Assembly (NCBI GenBank): GCA_964488505.1
Contig: CAZAUI010000003.1
Span: 30,221 to 94,220 of the forward strand
Direction of reading: 5' to 3'
Source of the DNA: an uncultured Thermoplasmata archaeon
GTDB lineage: Archaea > Thermoplasmatota > Thermoplasmata > UBA10834
DNA: 64,000 bases
The position numbers and the translations under genes are program-made. This document shows, piece by piece, positions 8,551-15,620 of the stretch (the first letter of the stretch is position 1; each line of letters starts with the position of its first letter). The notes beneath the pieces were generated by a model. It was given only the letters and a program-made list of their open reading frames with translations, searched no databases and was not told where the DNA came from.

Positions 8551-8570
8551 CGGACCCGCAAACCCCTTCC
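8551..8570 (+). repeat. 3'-flank element copy 1: CGGACCCGCAAACCCCTTCC
   Basis: Near-identical to 9976-9994, with 1 substitution and 1 indel. Confidence 0.7.
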
Positions 8571-8606
8571 AACGGGGGAAGCGCGTGCAATCAGGAGTAT
8601 GATATC

Positions 8607-9971
8607 ATGAACACAAGCAAGAAATGGAAGCTCAAGGGGCCCAAGATCGTGGTGGAGCCGCCAGGCCCCAAGTCGAAGAAGATACTGGCTCGGAAGGAGA
8701 AGTGCGTCACTGACGGCATAAGGATAGGGCTGCCGACCGCCCTCGATGTGGCCGAGGGGCCCTTCATGAGGGACGTGGACGGGAACGTGTTCCTGGACTT
8801 CACCGTGGGCATAGGCGTCCACAACTGCGGCCACAGGAGCGAGGCCATGGTCAAGGCGTGCAAGGACCAGCTGGACAAGTTCATACACATATGCGTGATG
8901 GTCTCGCCCTACGAGTCCTACATCAAGCTCGCCGAGGAGATGTCCAAGATCATGCCGGGGAAGCTCGAGAAGAGCATATTCCTGAACAGCGGGTCCGAGG
9001 CCATCGAGAACGCCCTCAAGATCGCGCGCGCGTACACGAAGAAGAAGTACATCGTGTCCTACAAGACATCCTTCCACGGGAGGACTTTCATGGACATCTC
9101 CCTCACGGCGAAGGAGAAGCCCTACAGGGAGGGGTTCGGACCCCTCGTGGACTTCGTGCAGCACGTGGACTTCGCGTACTGTTACAGGTGCCCGCTGGGC
9201 AGGTCGTACCCGTCCTGCAACCTCGCGTGCGCGGACACCATAAGGACGGTCATTGAGACCGCTCCGCTCGCCGGCGACGTGTGCGCCCTGGTCGCGGAGC
9301 CTGTCCAGGGCGAGGGCGGCTTCATCAACCCGCCGCCCGGCTACTGGCAGAAGATACGCAAGATCTGCGACGACAACGGCATCGTGTTCATAGACGACGA
9401 GGTCCAGACGGGCTTCGGCAGGACAGGGAAGATGTTCGCGATAGAGCACTGGGGCGTCGTGCCGGACATCGTGGTCACGGGCAAGGGCCTGTCCCTGGGC
9501 ATGCCACTCGGCGGCGTCACGGGCAAGGCGGAGATCATGTCCACGCCGCCGCCTGCGAGCCTGGGCGGCACATACGGTGGCAACCCCGTGTGCTGCGCGG
9601 GCGCCCTCGAGTCGATAAAGATGACCAAGAAGCTCCTGCCGCACACGAAGATGATCAACAAGGTGGAGACGAAGCGCCTCAACGCGTGGAAGGCGAAGTA
9701 CGAGGTCGTGGGAGACGTCAGGGGCATAGGTGCGATGATGGCGATCGAGCTCGTCAAGACCAAGGCCGGGAAGGAGCCCGCCGCGGAGCTGGCGAGGGCG
9801 GTACAGCTGAACTGCTTCAAGAAGGGGCTGTACATCCTGACCGCGGGCACGGTCGGGAACGTCATAAGGCTGCACCCGCCGCTGAACATCGACCAGAAGC
9901 TCCTCACGAAGGGCCTCGACATACTCGAGTCCGCCCTTGCCGAGGAGTCGAAGAAGGCCGGCCTCATCTAG
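8607..9971 (+). CDS. Class III PLP aminotransferase, paralog 2
   Basis: NSGSEAIENALKIAR, DDEVQTGFGRTGKMFA, VTGKGLSLG. The N-terminus parallels paralog 1 (MNT.K..LKGPKIVVEPPGPKSK). Confidence 0.88.
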   Translation: MNTSKKWKLKGPKIVVEPPGPKSKKILARKEKCVTDGIRIGLPTALDVAEGPFMRDVDGNVFLDFTVGIGVHNCGHRSEAMVKACKDQLDKFIHICVMVSPYESYIKLAEEMSKIMPGKLEKSIFLNSGSEAIENALKIARAYTKKKYIVSYKTSFHGRTFMDISLTAKEKPYREGFGPLVDFVQHVDFAYCYRCPLGRSYPSCNLACADTIRTVIETAPLAGDVCALVAEPVQGEGGFINPPPGYWQKIRKICDDNGIVFIDDEVQTGFGRTGKMFAIEHWGVVPDIVVTGKGLSLGMPLGGVTGKAEIMSTPPPASLGGTYGGNPVCCAGALESIKMTKKLLPHTKMINKVETKRLNAWKAKYEVVGDVRGIGAMMAIELVKTKAGKEPAAELARAVQLNCFKKGLYILTAGTVGNVIRLHPPLNIDQKLLTKGLDILESALAEESKKAGLI

Positions 9972-9975
9972 GCGT

Positions 9976-9994
9976 GCGGTCCCGAAACCCCTTC
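9976..9994 (+). repeat. 3'-flank element copy 2: CGGTCCCGAAACCCCTTCC
   Basis: Near-identical to 8551-8570. Followed by pyrimidine tract 10005-10020. Confidence 0.7.
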
Positions 9995-10004
9995 CGCAAA
10001 CCGC

Positions 10005-10020
10005 TTACCTTCTTCTCTTT
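10005..10020 (+). terminator. Pyrimidine/oligo-T tract (TACCTTCTTCTCTTTT) after aminotransferase 2
   Basis: Archaeal terminators are typically T-rich tracts. This one lies 34 nt after the stop. Confidence 0.3.
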
Positions 10021-10278
10021 TGACCCTCATCCGGCCCACCAAAACGTATATACACAGGGAGCCCATTTGGGCAAAACTGGGCCTTATCCGTAGAATATAT
10101 CCACGGGAATGAGGCCCGTAAGTCGAACGTATTCCTAACTCCGCGCCGAAATGTTGACAGGAGTGCGTTGTCGCAGGGTAACCTGTATGAGGGGGGTCCG
10201 CGTACCTCCCGTCGCCTGCTTTGCAGGCCCGACTCGGACACTGTGTGAGAGGTCTGAAGACCAAGAGGAATCGATAGG

Positions 10279-11760
10279 ATGGCTGTGCTGGATCCAGTTA
10301 GCAGGAACTACGGCAGACTGAAGAACTATGTGAACGGGGAGTGGGTCGACTCCGCATCCGACAAGGTCCTCGATGTGAGGAACCCCGCGACCACCGACGT
10401 CATCGCCCAGGTGCCTCTTTCCACAAGGGAGGAGACCAAGGCCGCGATAGACACCGCGCACGAGGCGTGGTGGAGCTGGAGGGAGACGGCCCCCGGCGAC
10501 AGGACCAGGTGCTTCTTCAAGCTGAAGACTATCATGGAGCGCGAGTACGAGAACATCGCGAGGATCATATCCCAGGAGCAGGGCAAGACCATCGACGACG
10601 CGAGGGGTGAGACCCGCAGGTGCATCGACAACATCGACACCGCTGCGGGCATAACCTCCCTCCAGATGGGCTACTGCCTCGAGGACGGAGCCGCGTCCAA
10701 CATAGACGAGGAGGTCATCATGTCCCCTCTCGGCGTGTTCGCGGCCGTGTGCCCGTTCAACTTCCCGGGCATGGTGCCTTTCTGGTTCTGGCCGTACGCG
10801 GTCGCGACGGGCAACATGTTCATCGTGAAGCCGTCGGAGCAGGTGCCCATCACGACGCAGTACATGTTCAAGCTGATAGACCAGGCGGGGTTCCCGCCGG
10901 GCGTGGTCAACCTCGTGAACGGCAGGGAGGACGCGGTCAACACATTCTTCGACCACAAGGCCGTCAGGGGCATATCGTTCGTGGGCTCGACCCCGGTCGC
11001 GAAGTGGATATACAAGAGCGCAGGCGAGAAGGGCAAGAGGGTGCAGGCCCAGGGCGGCGCGAAGAACTCGCTCATAGTCATGCCCGACGCCGTGCTCGAC
11101 AAGACCGTCAACAACATGCTCGCGTCGTTCTACGGCTGCGCGGGCCAGAGGTGCCTCGCAGGGTCGAACATGATCGCCATCGGGGACATCGCGGAGCCTC
11201 TCCTGAAGAAGTGGCTTGACGCCTCGAAGAACCTGAAGGTGGGCTACGGCCTCGACGAGAGCTCCCAGATGGGCCCGGTCATCTCGGGCGCCGCGAAGCA
11301 GAAGGTCCTCGGGTACATCCAGAAGGGTGTCGACGAGGGCGCGAAGCTCCTGTTGGACGGCAGGGACATAAAGGTTTCCGGCTACGAGAAGGGACATTTC
11401 ATCGGGCCCACGGTCTTCGACGACGTGACGCCTGACATGGCCATCGCGAAGGAGGAGATCTTCGGGCCGGTCGTGTGCTTCCACAGGATGAAGAACCTCG
11501 ACGAGGCTATCGAGTTCATCCACAAGAGCCCGTTCGGGAACGCGTCGTCCATATACACGCAGAACGGCCGCTGGGCGCGCGACTTCAGGTACAAGACGCA
11601 GTGCGGGAACATCGGGATCAACGTCGGCATCGCGGCCGCGATGGCCTACTTCCCGTTCGCCGGGTACAAGGAATCGTTCTTCGGCGACCTCCACGGCCAG
11701 GGCAAGGACGCCATCCAGTTCTTCACGGACAGGAAGGTCGTCATAACCCGGTGGTTCTGA
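10279..11760 (+). CDS. mmsA: Methylmalonate/malonate-semialdehyde dehydrogenase (CoA-acylating) family aldehyde dehydrogenase
   Basis: CPFNFPGMVPFWFWPYAVATGNMFIVKPSEQVP and catalytic-Cys context FYGCAGQRCLAGS match my recollection of the MMSDH subfamily. 493 aa. Confidence 0.8.
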   Translation: MAVLDPVSRNYGRLKNYVNGEWVDSASDKVLDVRNPATTDVIAQVPLSTREETKAAIDTAHEAWWSWRETAPGDRTRCFFKLKTIMEREYENIARIISQEQGKTIDDARGETRRCIDNIDTAAGITSLQMGYCLEDGAASNIDEEVIMSPLGVFAAVCPFNFPGMVPFWFWPYAVATGNMFIVKPSEQVPITTQYMFKLIDQAGFPPGVVNLVNGREDAVNTFFDHKAVRGISFVGSTPVAKWIYKSAGEKGKRVQAQGGAKNSLIVMPDAVLDKTVNNMLASFYGCAGQRCLAGSNMIAIGDIAEPLLKKWLDASKNLKVGYGLDESSQMGPVISGAAKQKVLGYIQKGVDEGAKLLLDGRDIKVSGYEKGHFIGPTVFDDVTPDMAIAKEEIFGPVVCFHRMKNLDEAIEFIHKSPFGNASSIYTQNGRWARDFRYKTQCGNIGINVGIAAAMAYFPFAGYKESFFGDLHGQGKDAIQFFTDRKVVITRWF

Positions 11761-12209
11761 TGGTTCAGGGCGAGTTCCCGGAGATAGGGACGTTCGGCAC
11801 CCTCGTCAGGTTCGCGCTGGAGCTTGAGAGGGTCGCGTCCGTGGTCTACGAGGAGCTCGCAGCGGACCCTTCGTGCGCTGCCGGGGCGGAGACCTTCAGG
11901 GCGCTCGCGGAGAACCACAAGGCCCGGGTGGCCCTGCTCGAGGAGACGAGGCGGGAGAAGCTGAACGAGGCGGTCCTGGAGCCCATAACCGACATCAGGG
12001 GCGCAGACTACGCCTTGGACACGTCGGTGCCGAAGGGCGCGGGAGCGAAGGCGTCCGCGGAGTACGCCGCCAGGATCGAGGAGACCTCGGCCAGGTTCTA
12101 CACCGACACGGCGAGGATCGCGAAGAACATATTGCACGGCGCGGTCCGGATCTTCGAGCGCATGGCGAAGGAGAACCTGTCCAACAAGGCGAAGCTCGGC
12201 TCGCTCTGA
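11760..12209 (+). CDS. Hypothetical helical protein (possibly ferritin-like four-helix bundle), translationally coupled to mmsA
   Basis: ATG overlaps the mmsA stop (TGATG). Host-like codon usage. Predicted all-helical sequence (FALELERVASVVYEELA ... RIEETSARFYTD). No confident family assignment. Confidence 0.5.
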   Translation: MVQGEFPEIGTFGTLVRFALELERVASVVYEELAADPSCAAGAETFRALAENHKARVALLEETRREKLNEAVLEPITDIRGADYALDTSVPKGAGAKASAEYAARIEETSARFYTDTARIAKNILHGAVRIFERMAKENLSNKAKLGSL

Positions 12210-12238
12210 CCCGTTAGACCAAACCCTTTGTCAAAACC

Positions 12239-12616
12239 CTATCTTCTATTCTTCCCAAGCTCCGCGAACCTGTCCATGGTCAGCTCCTGGAGCTCGCCCT
12301 TCGCGAGGAGGTCCAGGGTCGCCCTGACGGACGGGTTGTCGGTCACGAGCACCTTGACCCCCGCGTTGTGGAGCCTCATCAGCGAGGACGGCGACAGGGA
12401 TGTCACGATGACCGCCTCCACCGTCCTGCCTATGATCGCGTCGACAGGGTCGACGCAGGTGGCCGCGCCGCAGTTCCTTGCCTGGGACGTGTGCTCGAAC
12501 ATCCCGTCGGGGTGGACCTCGTAGTAGTCGAGCACGCTGGTCTCCTCGAACGGGGACGCGATGGCGGCGTCCGGGCCTCCGGGGGCTTCACACGGTATGC
12601 AGACCTTCACGGGCAC
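12239..12616 (-). CDS. NifX/NifB-C-terminal-like (Nitro_FeMo-Co family) small protein
   Basis: VEAVIVTSLSPSSLMRLHNAGVKVLVTDNPSVRATLDLLAKGELQEL closely parallels the conserved half of MTH1175-type NifX-like proteins as I recall them. It is the last gene of the ABC operon. Confidence 0.55.
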   Translation of the reverse strand: MPVKVCIPCEAPGGPDAAIASPFEETSVLDYYEVHPDGMFEHTSQARNCGAATCVDPVDAIIGRTVEAVIVTSLSPSSLMRLHNAGVKVLVTDNPSVRATLDLLAKGELQELTMDRFAELGKNRR

Positions 12617-12654
12617 TGGCTATCGCTGTCCAGGACATTATGGTTTCGTACTCC

Positions 12655-14628
12655 TCATTCCCTGGAGAAGATGTCCGGGTAGAGCCTGTGGGACGCGTAG
12701 ACGCCCGCGGCTATCAGCACGGCGGGTATCGCGAACACCCACCAGTCGACCGCTCCTCCGCTCCCTAGTATGAGGTCCGAGAGCAGCACGCCTCCCTGGT
12801 GGAACGGCGAGAACATCGCGATGCCCGGGCCGAGCTCCAGGTAGAGCTCGCCCCATTGGTCCGTGTCGAATCTCATGTCCATGAGGAACGAGAGCCACTC
12901 GAACACGGTCATCGTCCCCACCAACGAGAGGTACATGAACACCCTCGTCAGGACGGTCGGCTTGACCAGCATCCGCTTCGCGGCCAGGTATATCAGGCAC
13001 GACCCGTAGGCAGCGGACACGAGCACGAGCACCGTCAGCAGGTACGAGACGACCGTGATCAGCAAGATATCTTCCACCGACTGGTTGAACTGCATCAAAC
13101 CGATGAACACGGGCGGGAACACGAAGAGCGGTCCGATGGCGATCGGGTACAGCAGCTTCGAGAAGATGACCGAGGTGACGGACACGGGTCCGAAGAACAG
13201 GACCTTGACCGTCCCTTTCTGTATCTCATGTGCGAACCCCTTGGAGAACAGTCCTCCGATGAATATCACCGATGCGAGCAGTGCGATGCCGTACGCGTAT
13301 GTCAGCAGGTTGAACGACACATCCTGGCCGAACGGGGTCTCCGTCCACGAGACCTGGTCGGCCTCGAAGCCCTCTGGAAGCGCTACGACCGTCAACTCGG
13401 TCGTCCCTGTGTTCCCGGAGAAGTCCGTGACGGCCAGCGTAATCTCGTAAGGACCCCATTCCTGTGTCTCCAGTGTGACGACCTGTCCAGTGAGCGTCCA
13501 CTTCGTGGCGTTGTGCTTGATGTACCATGTGTAATGCGCGATCCCGCCCATGTTGTCGTACGACTCTGATGCGTCCAAGGTCACGGTGTCGCCGATGTTC
13601 ACGACAGTCTCGCAGTCGAACCTGGCATCCGGCGGGCTCCCGTCCTCGCCCGAGGGCATCACGTTCACCATCATCGCTCCGAAGCCGGTGTTGCCCGAGC
13701 CGTCCCTGACCACCAGCGAGACCTCGAAGTTGCCGGTGCTCTCGAAGGTGTAGTCGGGCCTCTCGCCGGACATGACTCTCTGGATCACGTCGTCGAAAGT
13801 CCAGGTCCAGTCCACAATCCCGGTGTCGTCCGTAGAGTTCGAGCCGTCGAAATACACGGTGGTCCCCGCGACGATGTCCATGTTCGAGCCCGGGTTCGCC
13901 ATGGGCGGCGTGAAGTCGGACCCCGTGCTCTCGACTGTGAGATTGAAACTGTCGCTGTTTGCGTTCCAGGAGCTGTCGATCACCATCAGCCTTATCTCGT
14001 ATTCACCTGCGGCCATGAACGTGTAGCCCGTGACGGGGCCGTACAGCTCCGTTTCGAGGCCGTTGTCGTTGAACGTCCACATGTAGTACACTATCTCGTT
14101 GTTGTCAGTCGATGCAGAGCCGTCCAAGGTCACGTGGTCTCCGGCGTCGACAGTCCTGTCAGAGCCCGCGTCGGCGACGGGCGGGATGCTCTCCGTGGCT
14201 CCTGGGAGGTCGATGTCGTCGCCGTCCCCTTCGCCGTCTCCCTCTCCGTCGCCAAACTCCATCGAGAAGGCCATGGACATCACGTAGCTTCCGGCCGAGA
14301 ATGCGATTGCGAGGAGCACGGCGAGTATGATGGAGCCGACCAGACCGTGCTTGGCCATCGTCCTCAGGTCCTTCCCGAAGATCGTCAATGACCTCCTGAG
14401 GGCGCCTACCGGCCCGGACTTCCTGATCTTCAGCTCTGAGAACTGGTCGGGCTCGAGGGCCGCCTCGCGCGGAGGTTCCGTGTCCCGCGGCGGCTCCGGC
14501 TCCTTCGTTGGCTCTGGCTCCTGCGGGGGTTCGGGTTCCTTCGGCGGCTCGGGCTCCTGGGACGGCTCGGCCTCCTGGGGCGGGAGCGGCAGTTCGTCCT
14601 CCGGCGGAGGCAGCTGCTCCTCGGACAT
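12655..14628 (-). CDS. ABC-2-type transporter permease with EP-rich N-terminus and three extracellular PKD modules
   Basis: 657 aa. Residues 5-56 form a Glu/Pro-rich repeat. TM1 follows, then three PKD-like modules (ADAGSDRTVDAGDHVTLDGSASTD...; ANPGSNMDIVAGTTVYFDGSNSTD...; RFDCETVVNIGDTVTLDASESYD...), then 5-6 TM helices. The ATG overlaps the ATPase stop by 1 nt. Confidence 0.75.
   Translation of the reverse strand: MSEEQLPPPEDELPLPPQEAEPSQEPEPPKEPEPPQEPEPTKEPEPPRDTEPPREAALEPDQFSELKIRKSGPVGALRRSLTIFGKDLRTMAKHGLVGSIILAVLLAIAFSAGSYVMSMAFSMEFGDGEGDGEGDGDDIDLPGATESIPPVADAGSDRTVDAGDHVTLDGSASTDNNEIVYYMWTFNDNGLETELYGPVTGYTFMAAGEYEIRLMVIDSSWNANSDSFNLTVESTGSDFTPPMANPGSNMDIVAGTTVYFDGSNSTDDTGIVDWTWTFDDVIQRVMSGERPDYTFESTGNFEVSLVVRDGSGNTGFGAMMVNVMPSGEDGSPPDARFDCETVVNIGDTVTLDASESYDNMGGIAHYTWYIKHNATKWTLTGQVVTLETQEWGPYEITLAVTDFSGNTGTTELTVVALPEGFEADQVSWTETPFGQDVSFNLLTYAYGIALLASVIFIGGLFSKGFAHEIQKGTVKVLFFGPVSVTSVIFSKLLYPIAIGPLFVFPPVFIGLMQFNQSVEDILLITVVSYLLTVLVLVSAAYGSCLIYLAAKRMLVKPTVLTRVFMYLSLVGTMTVFEWLSFLMDMRFDTDQWGELYLELGPGIAMFSPFHQGGVLLSDLILGSGGAVDWWVFAIPAVLIAAGVYASHRLYPDIFSRE
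13381..14184 (-). repeat. Three tandem PKD-module coding repeats inside the ABC permease
   Basis: Protein-level repeats of about 85-90 aa with the D..V..G..V.LDGS.S.D signature. Confidence 0.7.
14461..14616 (-). repeat. Low-complexity Glu/Pro-rich coding repeat (EPEPP(K/Q)EPEPP...)
   Basis: Imperfect GGCTCNGGNTCC-type nucleotide repeats on the plus strand. They encode the permease N-terminus. Confidence 0.65.
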
Positions 14629-15551
14629 CAGACCTCACCTCTTGCCGTGCGCTCGAACACGTCTTCCATGGTGCCCGCCGTCTTCATCTCGAACAGGTCG
14701 ATGCCTCCCTGCACCAGCAGTCTCGACATCTGGGCGGCGTCGCCCCTCTTGCGCAGTATGACGAACACGCATCCGTCCGAGTCGATCTTGACGTTCTGCA
14801 CCTTCATGCCGGAGTCGATCATCTCCACGGCCCTCTGCGGGTCCGACACGTGCAGCGTGAACGCAGGCAGCAGGTACTTCTCCTTCAGCTCGTCCGCGGT
14901 GCCCACCGCTATCAGCTTGCCCCTGTCGATGAACGCGAATCTGTCGACTATGTGCTCGGCCTCGATCAGGTTGTGTGACGTGAAGAACACCGTGTTGCCC
15001 TTGGACACGTACTCCCTGAGGTACTCCCTCAACCTCCTCCTGTGCATGATGTCTATCCCCTCGAAGGGCTCGTCGAGGAACATCAGGGGCACATCCGCCA
15101 TGAGCACCCTCGCGAGCGAGACCCTCTGGCGCTGGCCCTGCGACAGGTGTGCTATGCGCCTGTCGGCGAAGGTCTTGAGGTCCGCGAGCCCGACGGCGAG
15201 GTCGATGCCCCTCAACCTCTCCATCCTGTTCATGAGCATCAACTTCGAGAACAAGTTGAGGTACTGCCTGGGCGTCATCTCCTCGTAGAACCTCGTCTCC
15301 TCGCTCATGATCGCCACGTTGTCGCGCACGTGCACGGGATGGCGCACGACGTCGATCCCGAGTACGTTCGCCTCCCCGAGGGTCGCCTCGGTGAGGCCGC
15401 AGAGCACCTTGATGCAGGTGGTCTTGCCCGCGCCGTTGGGACCGAAGAACCCGAAGATCTCTCCCCTGCCGACCTTGAGGCTCACGTCGTTCAGGGCGCG
15501 CACCGTCTTGAAGTCCTTGACGAGACCGTTGGCTTCTATCAAGCACGACAC
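14628..15551 (-). CDS. ABC transporter ATP-binding protein (ABC-2/CcmA-like)
   Basis: Walker A GPNGAGKTT, signature LSQGQRQR, Walker B LMFLDEPFEGID, H-loop TSHN. Confidence 0.9.
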   Translation of the reverse strand: MSCLIEANGLVKDFKTVRALNDVSLKVGRGEIFGFFGPNGAGKTTCIKVLCGLTEATLGEANVLGIDVVRHPVHVRDNVAIMSEETRFYEEMTPRQYLNLFSKLMLMNRMERLRGIDLAVGLADLKTFADRRIAHLSQGQRQRVSLARVLMADVPLMFLDEPFEGIDIMHRRRLREYLREYVSKGNTVFFTSHNLIEAEHIVDRFAFIDRGKLIAVGTADELKEKYLLPAFTLHVSDPQRAVEMIDSGMKVQNVKIDSDGCVFVILRKRGDAAQMSRLLVQGGIDLFEMKTAGTMEDVFERTARGEV

Positions 15552-15576
15552 CGGAGCGTCGATAGGTCTCCGGGGA

Positions 15577-15585
15577 CTTATAAAC
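15577..15585 (-). promoter_or_regulatory. TATA-like box (GTTTATAAG on the minus strand) 26-34 nt upstream of the ABC ATPase ATG
   Basis: The only A/T block in the 15552-15620 spacer. The spacing suggests a leaderless operon transcript. Confidence 0.4.
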
Positions 15586-15620
15586 TGAGCCCGTCCGTCA
15601 TCGATCCTGACCCCGGGTGC

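Noticed and set aside
9972-10278. The unusually long 307-bp spacer before mmsA as a possible riboswitch or ncRNA gene.
   Set aside because: I could find only short, weak stems (for example GGTC-TGAA-GACC at 10249-10260) and two A/T blocks that look like promoter elements. Nothing resembles a riboswitch or C/D-box sRNA class that I know. It stays open only as a leader/promoter region.
8502-11694. Long antisense ORFs 8502..9875 (457 aa) and 10135..11694 (519 aa).
   Set aside because: They lie opposite the aminotransferase-2 and mmsA genes. They have the same shadow-ORF composition and no motifs.
14461-14616. Short nucleotide repeats (GGCTCNGGNTCC...) that at first glance could be a mini repeat array or CRISPR-like.
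   Set aside because: The repeats are contiguous without spacers. They lie in frame inside the permease gene and encode an (EPEPP)n low-complexity tail. No CRISPR-like repeat-spacer structure exists anywhere in the window.
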